Sequence record: MT811961.1
DNA length: 64,000 bases
Direction: 5' to 3' (one strand)
Shown one piece after another: positions 29,124-38,539 of the stretch; the first letter of the stretch is position 1, and each line of letters starts with the position of its first letter. A program made the translations under genes and the position numbers. The notes below the pieces were generated by a model. That model was not told where the DNA came from and searched no databases. It was given only the letters and a program-made list of their open reading frames with translations.

Positions 29124-32100
29124 ATGGCTAACAAAGATTTTGTTATTCGTTTAAAGAAAACAGAACGCGAAGGCGGTGAGAATCTTGATTGGGTATTATT
29201 CCCATCGACTAACACCAGCATGCGTCCATCTGTTGTTGAGGCATTTGATCCAGCGAAGGACTACGCAGCAGGTAGCTTTGTTAACCGTGACGGAGCTATT
29301 CTAAAAGCAGCCGTTAGCGTTAAAGCTAAACGCGATCCTTTCTATGGTTCCAATGACAACCTCATTAGCGAAACTCCTACACCTACTATTGATGCACAGA
29401 CTGGCGAGATTGCCAGTGTGTTTACTTTTCCGCGTTATGCGGAAGTTGACCTTGATGTATCTCTTAGTGCTACTGGCGATGCGGTTACAGAAATCGATGT
29501 TGAGGTTTACAACAAGACACGCGATGAAGTAATCGGTCTCATTGAGTTACGTGACCTGTCTACTGTAGCCAAGACAGCTAGCTTTAGTGGCGAGTACATC
29601 GGCATGGCTAACGAAGAGATTGTTCTGCGTGTTGGCCAAACACTGGTTCCTGCTTCTTACCAAGACATCCCGCTTGTCGGCTTTACTGGTACAGTTGATG
29701 CCATTGATGTTAGTGGCGACTACATGGTATTGCTAAACGACAGTCGAACTCCGTTCTTGTCTGGTCCAAATGACTACAACATGACTGATATCTCTGGCGG
29801 TGCTGGTGCTCCTAACTGGGCACAGGTTACGAGCATTGTTGTAGACGGTCAAAATGGCAATGTCTTAGCTGATGCCGCTGGCGTTGGTATGTATCTGCGC
29901 GACTTCGGCACCGGTGACTGGTCAGTAATCACAGATGGCGACCAGCGCTCTGGTCAACAAGTGGTTATTGAAGACAGCGTTATCTACTCCATCGATGGCT
30001 TTGGTTCAGAAGTCTGGATGTATGATAGTGGCACATGGACAGACATCAAGGGTAGTCTAGTTGGTCCAGTTAAGGCAACAATGCTTAATGGCTTGCCGGT
30101 TGTTCTTGATGCGTCAAATGGCCAGCTCTACCAATATGTTCCTGGTAGCGGCTTTGTACAGTTCGGCAATATCTCTACTGGAACCCCACAGAACTTCGCT
30201 GGTGTCAATACTCTGTTTGGTCTCGATGGCACAAACAAGGTTTACTTTGTCTCTACTGACGGTACGATCAAGGTTTATGACCAAGATACCGACCTGATTG
30301 AAGACGTGACCACAACTACCGATGGTACTTTCGGTCTGTTCTTTAAGCGTAACGGCACAGACATTCTTTTGGATACTTCAGCAACACCGAAGTTAGTCGA
30401 GAAAGGTACAGCTGGCTACCCAGTTAACTTTACAGCTGCTGGCGCAGTAATCGGCGAAGAAACCATTACCGTACCTGACGCAGAAACTGGTCCTGAGTTT
30501 GTTGCTGAAGAATGGGTATCTGGTGAAGGCTACGAAGCCTATGTCAATCCTCACAATCCACTAGAGGCTTATGAGGCCGACTCGGTTATCTATGACCAGC
30601 ACGGTGCCCTTTGGTACACAGACAAAGCCCTAGCTACTGGTGCGTTCCGTGATCAAGGTTGGACTCGCATGAATCCAGAAGACGGCATCGAAGTAGGTTA
30701 TGCTTATATCGATCCTAATTCTACTACGGAACAAGCAACAAAGATTACTGGTGCCTTCTGTGATGTTGAGCGAAAAGACTGGCGCATTCCTGAGAACGTA
30801 GAGTCTTTCTGGGATACTACGGACAAGTACTCATTGTTCCAAGATACGCGCGGTACAGTGCCTGTAGAAAAGCCTGGTGATGAAGTTCGCTTTATTGCTG
30901 ACCAGAAAGGTGACAACCACATTGTTTTTGATGTTATTGATGTGCATGGTGTTTATCATGAAGATGAAAACGGCCGTGGCTTTGTAACAATCGACGACAA
31001 GATGAAGAGCATCAAGGTACACAAAGCCGGCAGTACTGATAACTACCATCTGCGCATGGCGGTTCCAAATGTGGGCATGCTGCGTTCCGATACGCTTGAC
31101 CTGGAGACTGGCTTCTCTATTAAAGCTTCTCCTAAGTCAAACCAACCTATCTGTCAATTAGCTCTTGTACCAGACGGTACTGATCCAGTTACTCTGGCTG
31201 AACTAGATGCACAAATGCGACGCATTGCCGATCGCTATGCATTCGAAACACTGACTGACCTGAACTACTTCTTCTCTGAACCAGACACGAAGTATGTTTT
31301 TGATGGTGACTATTCATTCCGCTTCATTACTTCTATGCGCGGCATGTATCGTTATGCAGAAGTACCTCAAGACATCTCTGGCTTTGACGTTAGCAAGATT
31401 GTTGACATGGGTGAAATGTTTGAAGGCGCTACTGGTACGATCGATATCTCTAAATGGGACACCTCAAGCGTTCAATTCATGGATGCCATGTTCCGTCGCA
31501 TGGGTGCTTTCAATGCGTCTCTTGTAGACATCGACGTTTCAAATGTTGTTACTACCGAAGGTATGTTTGAAGCGAACACGAGCTTTAACCAAGACATCAG
31601 CGGTCTAGCATGGACTAAGCTAAGCAATGCACGACGCATGTTTGCAGAGTCTACGGTTTATGACACGCCAATTGCATCATTAAATGCCCCAGTACTAAAC
31701 GACATCTCTGGCATGTTTGAAAGTGCACAGGTTTACAACCAAGTATTCTCGGTTAACCTGCCGCTACTATCGACGGCCAAAGGTCTATTTAAGTCTGCCC
31801 CATTGATGACGCAAGCAGTATCAATTACATCCAGTGTACTTACTGACGTTGGCGAGATGTTTGCTTATGCGGCACTATTCAATGCTCCTGTTTCTATTGC
31901 TGCAACAACATTGGAAACAACACAGGGCATGTTCTATCAAGCGCCAGTGTTTAACTCCACGCTATCGATGGATTTCTCTAGTGTTAAGACAGCAACCGAA
32001 ATGTTTGCTGGTGCTGCCGCGTTTGACGTAGCTCTTGGTCTTGTTCCTCAGTCACTCGAGTATGCTAACCGTATGTTCTCTGGTGCTCTTGCAATGACAG

Positions 32101-32807
32101 CGAATCCATTTGCTTCCTATGTCTTCCCGCGTTTGATTGAAGGCGAAGAGATGTTTGACGGGGCGAGTTTGTTGACTGGTGGCGTGGCATTTGCAGCGCC
32201 AAATGCTCTTAAAGTCAAAGCAATGTTCCGTGGGTGCGCGGCCTTAACTGGCCCTGTTACATTCTCTGCGACCATTGCCGAAAGTCTAGAAGAGTTGTTT
32301 AAGAACTGTACTGCCCTTGATGAACCCGTTAATATCAGCGCGCGTCAAGCGTTGAATGTAAACGAACTCTTTATGGGTTGTGCTTCTCTGGCGAGTGACC
32401 TTGTAGTTTATGTGCCGATTGCAACAAGCGCCAAGTCTTTCTTGCAGGGCGCTGTGCTGTTTAACAATGCATTGCAAATCACCTCAACAATGTTTACTGA
32501 TATGTCTAGCTTCTTTGAAGGCTGTACGTCATACAACCAACCAATCGACATCGATATGGCTCTGGCTGAAAACTGTACTAACTTCCTTAAAGACGCTACG
32601 TCGTTCAACAATAGCGTTTTGGATGTACCGTTTAACTACATCAAAGTAATCGATGGCTTCTTGGCCGACTGTACTTCATTCGATCAAGACCTATCTTCTC
32701 TTTGCGTTACAAACCACCATGTACAGCCTACTGACTTTGTTACAGCAAATGTACCAATGTCACAGGATGCGGCGAAACAGCCAGCATGGGGCAAGCTCTG
32801 CGCTTAA
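29124..32807 (+). CDS. Large modular tail-fibre/adhesin-like protein with C-terminal DUF285 (BspA-like) repeats
   Basis: GGAG RBS before ATG 29124; FDPAKDYAAG module, propeller-like middle, LFQDTRGTVPV...DQKG phage-tail motif, about 20 repeats of type xxTSxVxxMxxMFxxAxxFNxxL. Confidence 0.75.
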   Translation: MANKDFVIRLKKTEREGGENLDWVLFPSTNTSMRPSVVEAFDPAKDYAAGSFVNRDGAILKAAVSVKAKRDPFYGSNDNLISETPTPTIDAQTGEIASVFTFPRYAEVDLDVSLSATGDAVTEIDVEVYNKTRDEVIGLIELRDLSTVAKTASFSGEYIGMANEEIVLRVGQTLVPASYQDIPLVGFTGTVDAIDVSGDYMVLLNDSRTPFLSGPNDYNMTDISGGAGAPNWAQVTSIVVDGQNGNVLADAAGVGMYLRDFGTGDWSVITDGDQRSGQQVVIEDSVIYSIDGFGSEVWMYDSGTWTDIKGSLVGPVKATMLNGLPVVLDASNGQLYQYVPGSGFVQFGNISTGTPQNFAGVNTLFGLDGTNKVYFVSTDGTIKVYDQDTDLIEDVTTTTDGTFGLFFKRNGTDILLDTSATPKLVEKGTAGYPVNFTAAGAVIGEETITVPDAETGPEFVAEEWVSGEGYEAYVNPHNPLEAYEADSVIYDQHGALWYTDKALATGAFRDQGWTRMNPEDGIEVGYAYIDPNSTTEQATKITGAFCDVERKDWRIPENVESFWDTTDKYSLFQDTRGTVPVEKPGDEVRFIADQKGDNHIVFDVIDVHGVYHEDENGRGFVTIDDKMKSIKVHKAGSTDNYHLRMAVPNVGMLRSDTLDLETGFSIKASPKSNQPICQLALVPDGTDPVTLAELDAQMRRIADRYAFETLTDLNYFFSEPDTKYVFDGDYSFRFITSMRGMYRYAEVPQDISGFDVSKIVDMGEMFEGATGTIDISKWDTSSVQFMDAMFRRMGAFNASLVDIDVSNVVTTEGMFEANTSFNQDISGLAWTKLSNARRMFAESTVYDTPIASLNAPVLNDISGMFESAQVYNQVFSVNLPLLSTAKGLFKSAPLMTQAVSITSSVLTDVGEMFAYAALFNAPVSIAATTLETTQGMFYQAPVFNSTLSMDFSSVKTATEMFAGAAAFDVALGLVPQSLEYANRMFSGALAMTANPFASYVFPRLIEGEEMFDGASLLTGGVAFAAPNALKVKAMFRGCAALTGPVTFSATIAESLEELFKNCTALDEPVNISARQALNVNELFMGCASLASDLVVYVPIATSAKSFLQGAVLFNNALQITSTMFTDMSSFFEGCTSYNQPIDIDMALAENCTNFLKDATSFNNSVLDVPFNYIKVIDGFLADCTSFDQDLSSLCVTNHHVQPTDFVTANVPMSQDAAKQPAWGKLCA

Positions 32808-32813
32808 TACGAA

Positions 32814-32847
32814 ACCTTCTCCCTTCGGGGAGGAGGTCTCTCTTTTT
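32814..32847 (+). terminator. Rho-independent terminator (UUCG loop)
   Basis: ACCTTCTCCC-ttcg-GGGAGGAGGT plus ctctcttttt. Confidence 0.8.
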
Positions 32848-32871
32848 GCCTTTTCAAAAGAAACACATCTC

Positions 32872-32879
32872 TATATTAC
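32872..32879 (+). promoter_or_regulatory. Early promoter core TATATTAC
   Basis: catctcTATATTACtatagtgac. Confidence 0.8.
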
Positions 32880-32930
32880 TATAGTGACATTCCGTCCATA
32901 ACCTTTCAGATCATACATAAGGAATTTATT

Positions 32931-33710
32931 ATGTCTACTCCACTTAATATTCATCGTGGCCTTCTTGCTAACATTTCACTAGGTGCTGATTTCTACATCG
33001 CCTGTGGTTTGATTGGTGAAGGTGAAGTTTTATCCATGGCCGACATCCGTGGTCCTCTTGCCGACAAGATCAAAAAGATCTGTAACTATGGCAAGGACAA
33101 CCAACACAGTACACGTGCCTTTAAGCATTCTGCATGTGCGGCAGCATCTGAGTTCATCGCTGAACACGGCTTCACTCCACTAGAGATGGATCCGGAGACA
33201 GATGTGATTGGCCTTATGCTTAAAAGCGGCTACCATGAAATCGATCAAGATGGTAACGTATTGTTCCAACGCCCTACTTGTGGCAAGCGCCCTATCGAAG
33301 TAGCGTGTCTTGATAACCGTGGTCGTCGTGTAACGATCAGTACCGAAGGAAAAATCTGTCTACGCTGGACAGAAGCCGAAGGTTGGGTTACACGCAAGGT
33401 AGCACACGGCAAGTACTACAAAGAACAAATGCGCAAGCGTGTTCGTGAAGGCTTTGCTGGTGAAGGTACTCGCATGACTGAAGTAGTTCGTCTTGGTGAT
33501 ACTCCTTCTAACCGTACTGTACTTGAACTTGATGGTTCTATTGTCATCACTGAAACTGGCACAAAAGCTCGTGTTACACAAACAGTCATTCAGCGTGACG
33601 AAGAAGGTCGTGTAACTTCTGTTACTTCTACCCGTGGTAAACAAACTGACGTGTACACTTGGTCACAAGACGAAGTATACAAAAACGGCAAGTTCTACTT
33701 CGGAGTTTAA
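32931..33710 (+). CDS. Early protein with YD-like C-terminal hairpins
   Basis: ACGLIG N-terminal motif; QRDEEGRVTSV...VYTW repeat; AAGGA RBS. Confidence 0.6.
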   Translation: MSTPLNIHRGLLANISLGADFYIACGLIGEGEVLSMADIRGPLADKIKKICNYGKDNQHSTRAFKHSACAAASEFIAEHGFTPLEMDPETDVIGLMLKSGYHEIDQDGNVLFQRPTCGKRPIEVACLDNRGRRVTISTEGKICLRWTEAEGWVTRKVAHGKYYKEQMRKRVREGFAGEGTRMTEVVRLGDTPSNRTVLELDGSIVITETGTKARVTQTVIQRDEEGRVTSVTSTRGKQTDVYTWSQDEVYKNGKFYFGV

Positions 33711-33713
33711 ATC

Positions 33714-34448
33714 ATGGGCATCACAGACATCACAATCACCGGCAAGTGGGTATGGTTTGTTTTCATGTTGGGCGTCGTTGTCGGAACACTAATTATTGGT
33801 TTTCTTTCTAAGCGCCAACTGGATCACAAGGATGCTCTTTTAGAAACTGCCAAGAGCCAGTTAACCCAGGCACGAGAGATACGAGACGACGCAATTGCTG
33901 CGCATCGCATCTATGAAGGCAAGGTGGAACATGTCTTCTGCAATGCTAACTGGCACGACATGTGCAAATTTATTCATGAGAGTAAGTTCACACAGAATGC
34001 CATATCGGTAGTTACGAAAGACCCTCTTGTCTTGGGTGAGTACCAGCCATTTGTTTTGCGTGTCCCAGCGGCGGTTCATAAAGACCAGCTGTTTGGACGT
34101 GAGAAGCCTGGACGAGTTCCTTTCGTAGATAAGGCAGGCAGATACCTTGGTCTGGCATTTGCGTTCTGTGCATTGCGTACGGAAGAGTTTACGTTCATCA
34201 TCGGCTTTGTAGATTCAAATGGTCGAAATGACCTAGAGCGTAAACTGCTGAATCTTTCTGTTGACTTTGCTTTGGTGGCATACAAGTCAGAGAAGGACTT
34301 CTTGCAGTTTGTCCGTGGTCCAGGTAGAAAGCTCGAAGGGACTGCACTATCCAGAGTTAACGAACTCGCTGAAAAACATTATCCATTTACTACTCGATTA
34401 AGTCACACACTAGATCGCTTTATCGAATTAGAAAACGGCCCACAATAA
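33714..34448 (+). CDS. Hypothetical membrane-anchored protein (TM plus coiled coil)
   Basis: WVWFVFMLGVVVGTLIIGFL then helical segment. Confidence 0.7.
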   Translation: MGITDITITGKWVWFVFMLGVVVGTLIIGFLSKRQLDHKDALLETAKSQLTQAREIRDDAIAAHRIYEGKVEHVFCNANWHDMCKFIHESKFTQNAISVVTKDPLVLGEYQPFVLRVPAAVHKDQLFGREKPGRVPFVDKAGRYLGLAFAFCALRTEEFTFIIGFVDSNGRNDLERKLLNLSVDFALVAYKSEKDFLQFVRGPGRKLEGTALSRVNELAEKHYPFTTRLSHTLDRFIELENGPQ

Positions 34449-34506
34449 CAGACTACTCTTATTAGATAGTCAAACCACAATCATTTAATCACATAGGAGT
34501 TCCAAA

Positions 34507-34845
34507 ATGGAAATGCCAAAACCAGAAACAATGCCAGTAGGTGACTTTGAAATCGATCGCGATACTCTTCGCGAATTCGCAACCGCACAGGGTGCTGAAG
34601 TAGTTGAGTCTACGGACGAGCACGAAGCAGCAAAAGAAGCTGCGCTCGACGCGGTAGAAGTACTGTCTGATGAAATGCAGGTAGATGATGCTGAACTAGC
34701 TGAGCTGATTCAACGCGCTGCTGTCGGCAAAGCCATGAAGGGACGTCGTGAGAAGAAACGTGGTCCTGGTGCAACACGTCCTGGCTTCAACAAAGCTAAG
34801 GCGCGCGCTAAAGCGAAGAAAGCACGTCGAGCTAATCGTCGCTAA
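34507..34845 (+). CDS. Small protein, acidic N-half and very basic C-tail
   Basis: E/D-rich helix then KAKARAKAKKARRANRR; AGGAG RBS. Confidence 0.75.
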   Translation: MEMPKPETMPVGDFEIDRDTLREFATAQGAEVVESTDEHEAAKEAALDAVEVLSDEMQVDDAELAELIQRAAVGKAMKGRREKKRGPGATRPGFNKAKARAKAKKARRANRR

Positions 34846-34856
34846 GTAATGTTAAT

Positions 34857-34900
34857 GGGTACCGGGTTTCCGGTACTCGTTATCCTTCTATCTTTTTATT
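34857..34900 (+). terminator. Probable terminator
   Basis: GGGTACCGG-gttt-CCGGTACTC plus T-rich tail. Confidence 0.55.
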
Positions 34901-34914
34901 TTTCTCGGAGAATC

Positions 34915-36303
34915 ATGATGCAATTAAAAGCACTCGATGAATACGTATACGAAGACACCCACGGTTGGAACTTCTTGCCACATCTTCGCGACAATCCGCC
35001 AAAGGACATGAAGGGCACTAAAAGCTACTTCTCTGCCATGATGACTATGGCACCTTATTACACCAAAGATACAATGGTCTTTGATATCTCTATCCAAGAG
35101 CTCATCGACATGAAAGAGATTACCCTGTATCACATCTTGGTACTTACTCACTGCATCCGTCGTCGCCTAGGTATTATCCCGGTAGAAGGTGAGACCTATC
35201 CTGATGCCGTTGGTATTATCCCTGACAACGTTGCTACTATGGATTACCATCGTGTAATCTTCAATGAAAAAGAAAACACTCTGCCCGTACTGGAGAAGCT
35301 TGAGTTGGCTCTTATTGCCAAGGTAGCTAAATATCTAACGACTGAGACAATGGGTCGCATTGCACTAGCATGGTCTAACCGACCAGAGCAACTTAAGAAA
35401 TGGGCCGAGGAAGAACAATATTCTGTTTCTTACCCTGAGTACGGATTGCGCGTTGAGGGCGTGGCTATTGAAAAGGCCATTGCCAAGGTAGCACAGTTCT
35501 TTAAGTCGGCATCCTCTTACCAAAGTCAAAACCAGCTTCTGGCCGAAGAGATTGGCTACATGGAAGATCTATATGACTACCTGATGACAGGCAAGCAAAT
35601 GCCACGTCTACCTGCCAAGGTTAAGAAGATTGGTTTCATGAACTCGATCTTTGATTTTGCCCCTTCTCGCTCTGAAGACTATGTACGTCGAGCATTTGAA
35701 GTTGCAAAAGAAATCTCTGGTCAGTTAGAACTTACTGAACATACCGTCTTAGCGCGTCTTGGTGTCAATACTCAGAACTGCTTCTCTAAGAAACAATACG
35801 AGTACCTAAAGAGCATTGGCCCACGTTATGCTAGTCACCCTCCTGTTGCGGATGCTGAAGTTACAAAAGCAATTACGCACAAAGAGTTCATGAAGCTCAT
35901 TCCTGCGCTTGAAGCTAAAGACCCATACGTCGTTAACCTACACGGCTGCTATATGATGCGTGCTTCTGAAAAATCGTTTTTGAAAGAAGGCATTCTCATG
36001 TTAGACAACTGGCTGACGTCAGATGCAATCGCTAAGCTTATCCATGACGAGTTCAAGGCGAAAGGCATTGCCATTGTATTCAAAGGCGATGATCTTTGTA
36101 CTGCCCGTCTAGAAGAAGGTGTGGTTAAGGCACAGGCGCTGGGTGCTTCCAAGATCGTACTTGAAGGTTATCATGTATCTAAATGCATGGGCAACATCCG
36201 CGCTAACTTTGACTTCCAACGAGTTACGCTAAGTTATGCCCCCGTCAAAGTTCACCGGCCACACATCCTAAGTAATCGACCAGTCTACCAAGATCTGTTC
36301 TAA
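34915..36303 (+). CDS. Hypothetical protein (about 462 aa)
   Basis: GGAG RBS before ATG 34915; no motif recognised. Confidence 0.75.
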   Translation: MMQLKALDEYVYEDTHGWNFLPHLRDNPPKDMKGTKSYFSAMMTMAPYYTKDTMVFDISIQELIDMKEITLYHILVLTHCIRRRLGIIPVEGETYPDAVGIIPDNVATMDYHRVIFNEKENTLPVLEKLELALIAKVAKYLTTETMGRIALAWSNRPEQLKKWAEEEQYSVSYPEYGLRVEGVAIEKAIAKVAQFFKSASSYQSQNQLLAEEIGYMEDLYDYLMTGKQMPRLPAKVKKIGFMNSIFDFAPSRSEDYVRRAFEVAKEISGQLELTEHTVLARLGVNTQNCFSKKQYEYLKSIGPRYASHPPVADAEVTKAITHKEFMKLIPALEAKDPYVVNLHGCYMMRASEKSFLKEGILMLDNWLTSDAIAKLIHDEFKAKGIAIVFKGDDLCTARLEEGVVKAQALGASKIVLEGYHVSKCMGNIRANFDFQRVTLSYAPVKVHRPHILSNRPVYQDLF

Positions 36304-36309
36304 CTCCTT

Positions 36310-36357
36310 CCCTCTCTCCCTTTCGGGAGAGGGGGTTGTTTCTTTTTCTTTTCTTTT
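36310..36357 (+). terminator. Rho-independent terminator
   Basis: CTCTCCC-tttc-GGGAGAG plus long T tract. Confidence 0.8.
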
Positions 36358-36379
36358 AGTCTCAGCGAGTTTTTATCTC

Positions 36380-36387
36380 TATATTAC
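36380..36387 (+). promoter_or_regulatory. Early promoter core TATATTAC
   Basis: tatctcTATATTACctatttgga. Confidence 0.8.
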
Positions 36388-36423
36388 CTATTTGGATTTA
36401 ATGTACTTAACTAGGAAACCACT

Positions 36424-36831
36424 ATGTCACTTAAACAAAAACTAGCTATCATGTCTCTTTATGCCATTGGCTATATGGGCATTTGTACACTCGGTATGTA
36501 TGCGGCTTTGTTTGTTTTCGACCTATCCGATAATCGTACACTTGCTCTAGCTCTAGGTCATGCTGCTGTTGTTACTGTTGCCTTTTACTTTATTGGCATG
36601 TACATAGCAGATCGTCAGCATCACCATCTGGAAGTAGCACTATGTATAAACATGCTGTCGCTGCCTTTCGTGTTTGTTGCAGTTCTTCATGCATTCACTA
36701 CACATGTCTGTAACTCGACATGGAATACAGAATACAATGGTGCGGTCATGACGATCGGTTTATCATGTGCTTTCATCATTGCCATCACTGGTTCTCGTCT
36801 TCACGAGGCCAAGCATCCTGAGACTAAATAA
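36424..36831 (+). CDS. Four-TM early membrane protein
   Basis: Four hydrophobic segments; GGAAACCACTATG leader. Confidence 0.75.
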   Translation: MSLKQKLAIMSLYAIGYMGICTLGMYAALFVFDLSDNRTLALALGHAAVVTVAFYFIGMYIADRQHHHLEVALCINMLSLPFVFVAVLHAFTTHVCNSTWNTEYNGAVMTIGLSCAFIIAITGSRLHEAKHPETK

Positions 36832-36854
36832 CGATCTCAAGCATTCTTTATCTC

Positions 36855-36862
36855 TATATTAC
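36855..36862 (+). promoter_or_regulatory. Early promoter core TATATTAC
   Basis: tatctcTATATTACctacatgga. Confidence 0.8.
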
Positions 36863-36970
36863 CTACATGGATTAAAACATATAATCCACTAAGTCTATGT
36901 TAAGCCTTAGGGTTTAACGTAGGCTCTTTAACCTAAACTCAATACCATTTTTCTTTTGGAGAATCCAACC

Positions 36971-37381
36971 ATGAAAACGCTACTTAAAACAATTACTTGC
37001 AACGCTAAAACTTTTATCATTAAGAATGTCCTAATCAAGAGCCTAGTAAAGGCAATCCTTAATGTGTTTGCTAACATGATGCTTTTAACAGTTAATGCGC
37101 AACTGGAAGCAAACAAAGCAATTGGTACATCATACAAAGCACGTGTTAAAGCAATGGTTGATTACACGACCTATGTTTGGTTTAACATCTATTCTTTGTT
37201 CTCGGTAATTGCGTTTGCCGCTATTCTTGGCGAAAGTACTGTACTATGGCTACTGGCTATCTCTGCTGTACTATCACTTGTAATGATTGTTGTCCCTGCG
37301 ATCACAATCAATAATAACGTTCGTGAGTCTGCGCAAGAAATCAAAGACCGCGTTGTTTCGTTCAAACACGTACTAGCGTAA
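36971..37381 (+). CDS. Early membrane protein
   Basis: GGAGAATCCAACCATG leader; amphipathic N-terminus, two C-terminal TMs. Confidence 0.75.
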   Translation: MKTLLKTITCNAKTFIIKNVLIKSLVKAILNVFANMMLLTVNAQLEANKAIGTSYKARVKAMVDYTTYVWFNIYSLFSVIAFAAILGESTVLWLLAISAVLSLVMIVVPAITINNNVRESAQEIKDRVVSFKHVLA

Positions 37382-37416
37382 TAACAGAGGGCCGTTACGA
37401 GGGCCCTCGATTATTA
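37379..37416 (+). other. CA/GA-internal-loop stem-loop element, copy A
   Basis: TAATAA-CA-GAGGGCC-gt-TACG-ag-GGCCCTC-GA-TTATTA. Confidence 0.8.
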
Positions 37417-37445
37417 TTCTACCCTAAACTAAAAGGAAACATACC

Positions 37446-37742
37446 ATGGCTACAGTAGCTCCTAAATCACGCATCGTTCATTACATCGTTCTTAAAGTTA
37501 CTGATCTACTTTCTATTGTAGAATCAGGTGGTTTGACTTACTGTAAGATCGGCGGTGAACGCTTGGTTGTTCGCAAAGAACAAACTCCAAACGGCACGGT
37601 TTACAAAGCTATACACTCGGTTGAGTTCAAAACGGATTCAACAGAAGAAGAGCTAAAAGAAATCTTCCGCCCTATCGCAGAATTCATCACGAAGCTTGAA
37701 AACGACGGCTACATCTGCGAGATGATTACAAACAACTACTAA
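37446..37742 (+). CDS. Small early hypothetical protein
   Basis: AAGGA RBS, 98 aa. Confidence 0.7.
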   Translation: MATVAPKSRIVHYIVLKVTDLLSIVESGGLTYCKIGGERLVVRKEQTPNGTVYKAIHSVEFKTDSTEEELKEIFRPIAEFITKLENDGYICEMITNNY

Positions 37743-37789
37743 GTAATATACTCAGAGTCTCTTGCGAGAGGCTCTTATGGATATTATTT
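37741..37789 (+). repeat. 49-bp exact direct repeat copy 1 (contains stem-loop AGAGTCTCT-tgcg-AGAGGCTCT)
   Basis: AAGTAATATACTCAGAGTCTCTTGCGAGAGGCTCTTATGGATATTATTT, identical at 38076-38124. Confidence 0.95.
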
Positions 37790-37811
37790 TAACCAACTAG
37801 AGGATAACATC

Positions 37812-38081
37812 ATGAGCGCACTATTAAACTGGGACCACGAAGTAAACCCAACATCTTTCGGTGACATTCAACTGAATGCTTTGGAAGAACTTAAAAAGCT
37901 TGGTATGCATATTGCACCCAACCGTGACTTCATCGTTTACAATGGTACAAAGGTTGCCTACATGAACGAGGAATCGATCATTGTTTATGACCGCATTGCT
38001 GACGCTGCCACTGGTCCTGCTGGGTACCTTATGGACAAACGCGAAGCAATCATCAACGAATACAATACTTACGTCAAGTAA
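37812..38081 (+). CDS. Small early hypothetical protein bracketed by 49-bp repeats
   Basis: GAGGA RBS, 89 aa. Confidence 0.7.
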   Translation: MSALLNWDHEVNPTSFGDIQLNALEELKKLGMHIAPNRDFIVYNGTKVAYMNEESIIVYDRIADAATGPAGYLMDKREAIINEYNTYVK

Positions 38082-38124
38082 TATACTCAGAGTCTCTTGC
38101 GAGAGGCTCTTATGGATATTATTT
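38076..38124 (+). repeat. 49-bp exact direct repeat copy 2
   Basis: Identical to 37741-37789. Confidence 0.95.
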
Positions 38125-38146
38125 CTAACTAATGGAGAAACCAACC

Positions 38147-38470
38147 ATGAAAACTTTAACTGCACTTCTATCTATCGCTTTCGTTATGTTCGTACAAGAC
38201 GTTAACGCAGCAACCTTCCCAACGATTGCCCTTACTGATGCAATTGTCTGTGAACAACTATGTACTTCTCTGGATGCCGAAGAAAACGCAGCTAATGCAA
38301 AAGCTGAACTTATGCAACAACTTACGCCAGAAAAAGTAGCTAAAGCGCATGCTCTAGCAAACGAAGAAGTTATGCTCTACACACAAATGCTTAACTCACC
38401 GATGGCTGAACTGCGTGTATCTGGCGTACAGTCAATCAACCTTGTACAACAAAAATTTATAAACAACTAA
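38147..38470 (+). CDS. Small secreted/periplasmic early protein
   Basis: Sec signal MKTLTALLSIAFVMFVQDVNA (V-N-A cleavage site); GGAGAAACCAACCATG leader. Confidence 0.7.
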   Translation: MKTLTALLSIAFVMFVQDVNAATFPTIALTDAIVCEQLCTSLDAEENAANAKAELMQQLTPEKVAKAHALANEEVMLYTQMLNSPMAELRVSGVQSINLVQQKFINN

Positions 38471-38519
38471 AACATCACAACAAAGGGTCCTTTAAGAAGG
38501 GCTCTTGATTGTGGTGTTT
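38470..38519 (+). other. CA/GA-internal-loop stem-loop element, copy B
   Basis: AAACATCACAA-CA-AAGGGTCCTT-taag-AAGGGCTCTT-GA-TTGTGGTGTTT. Confidence 0.8.
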
Positions 38520-38539
38520 CACACCAAAAGGATTCTATC

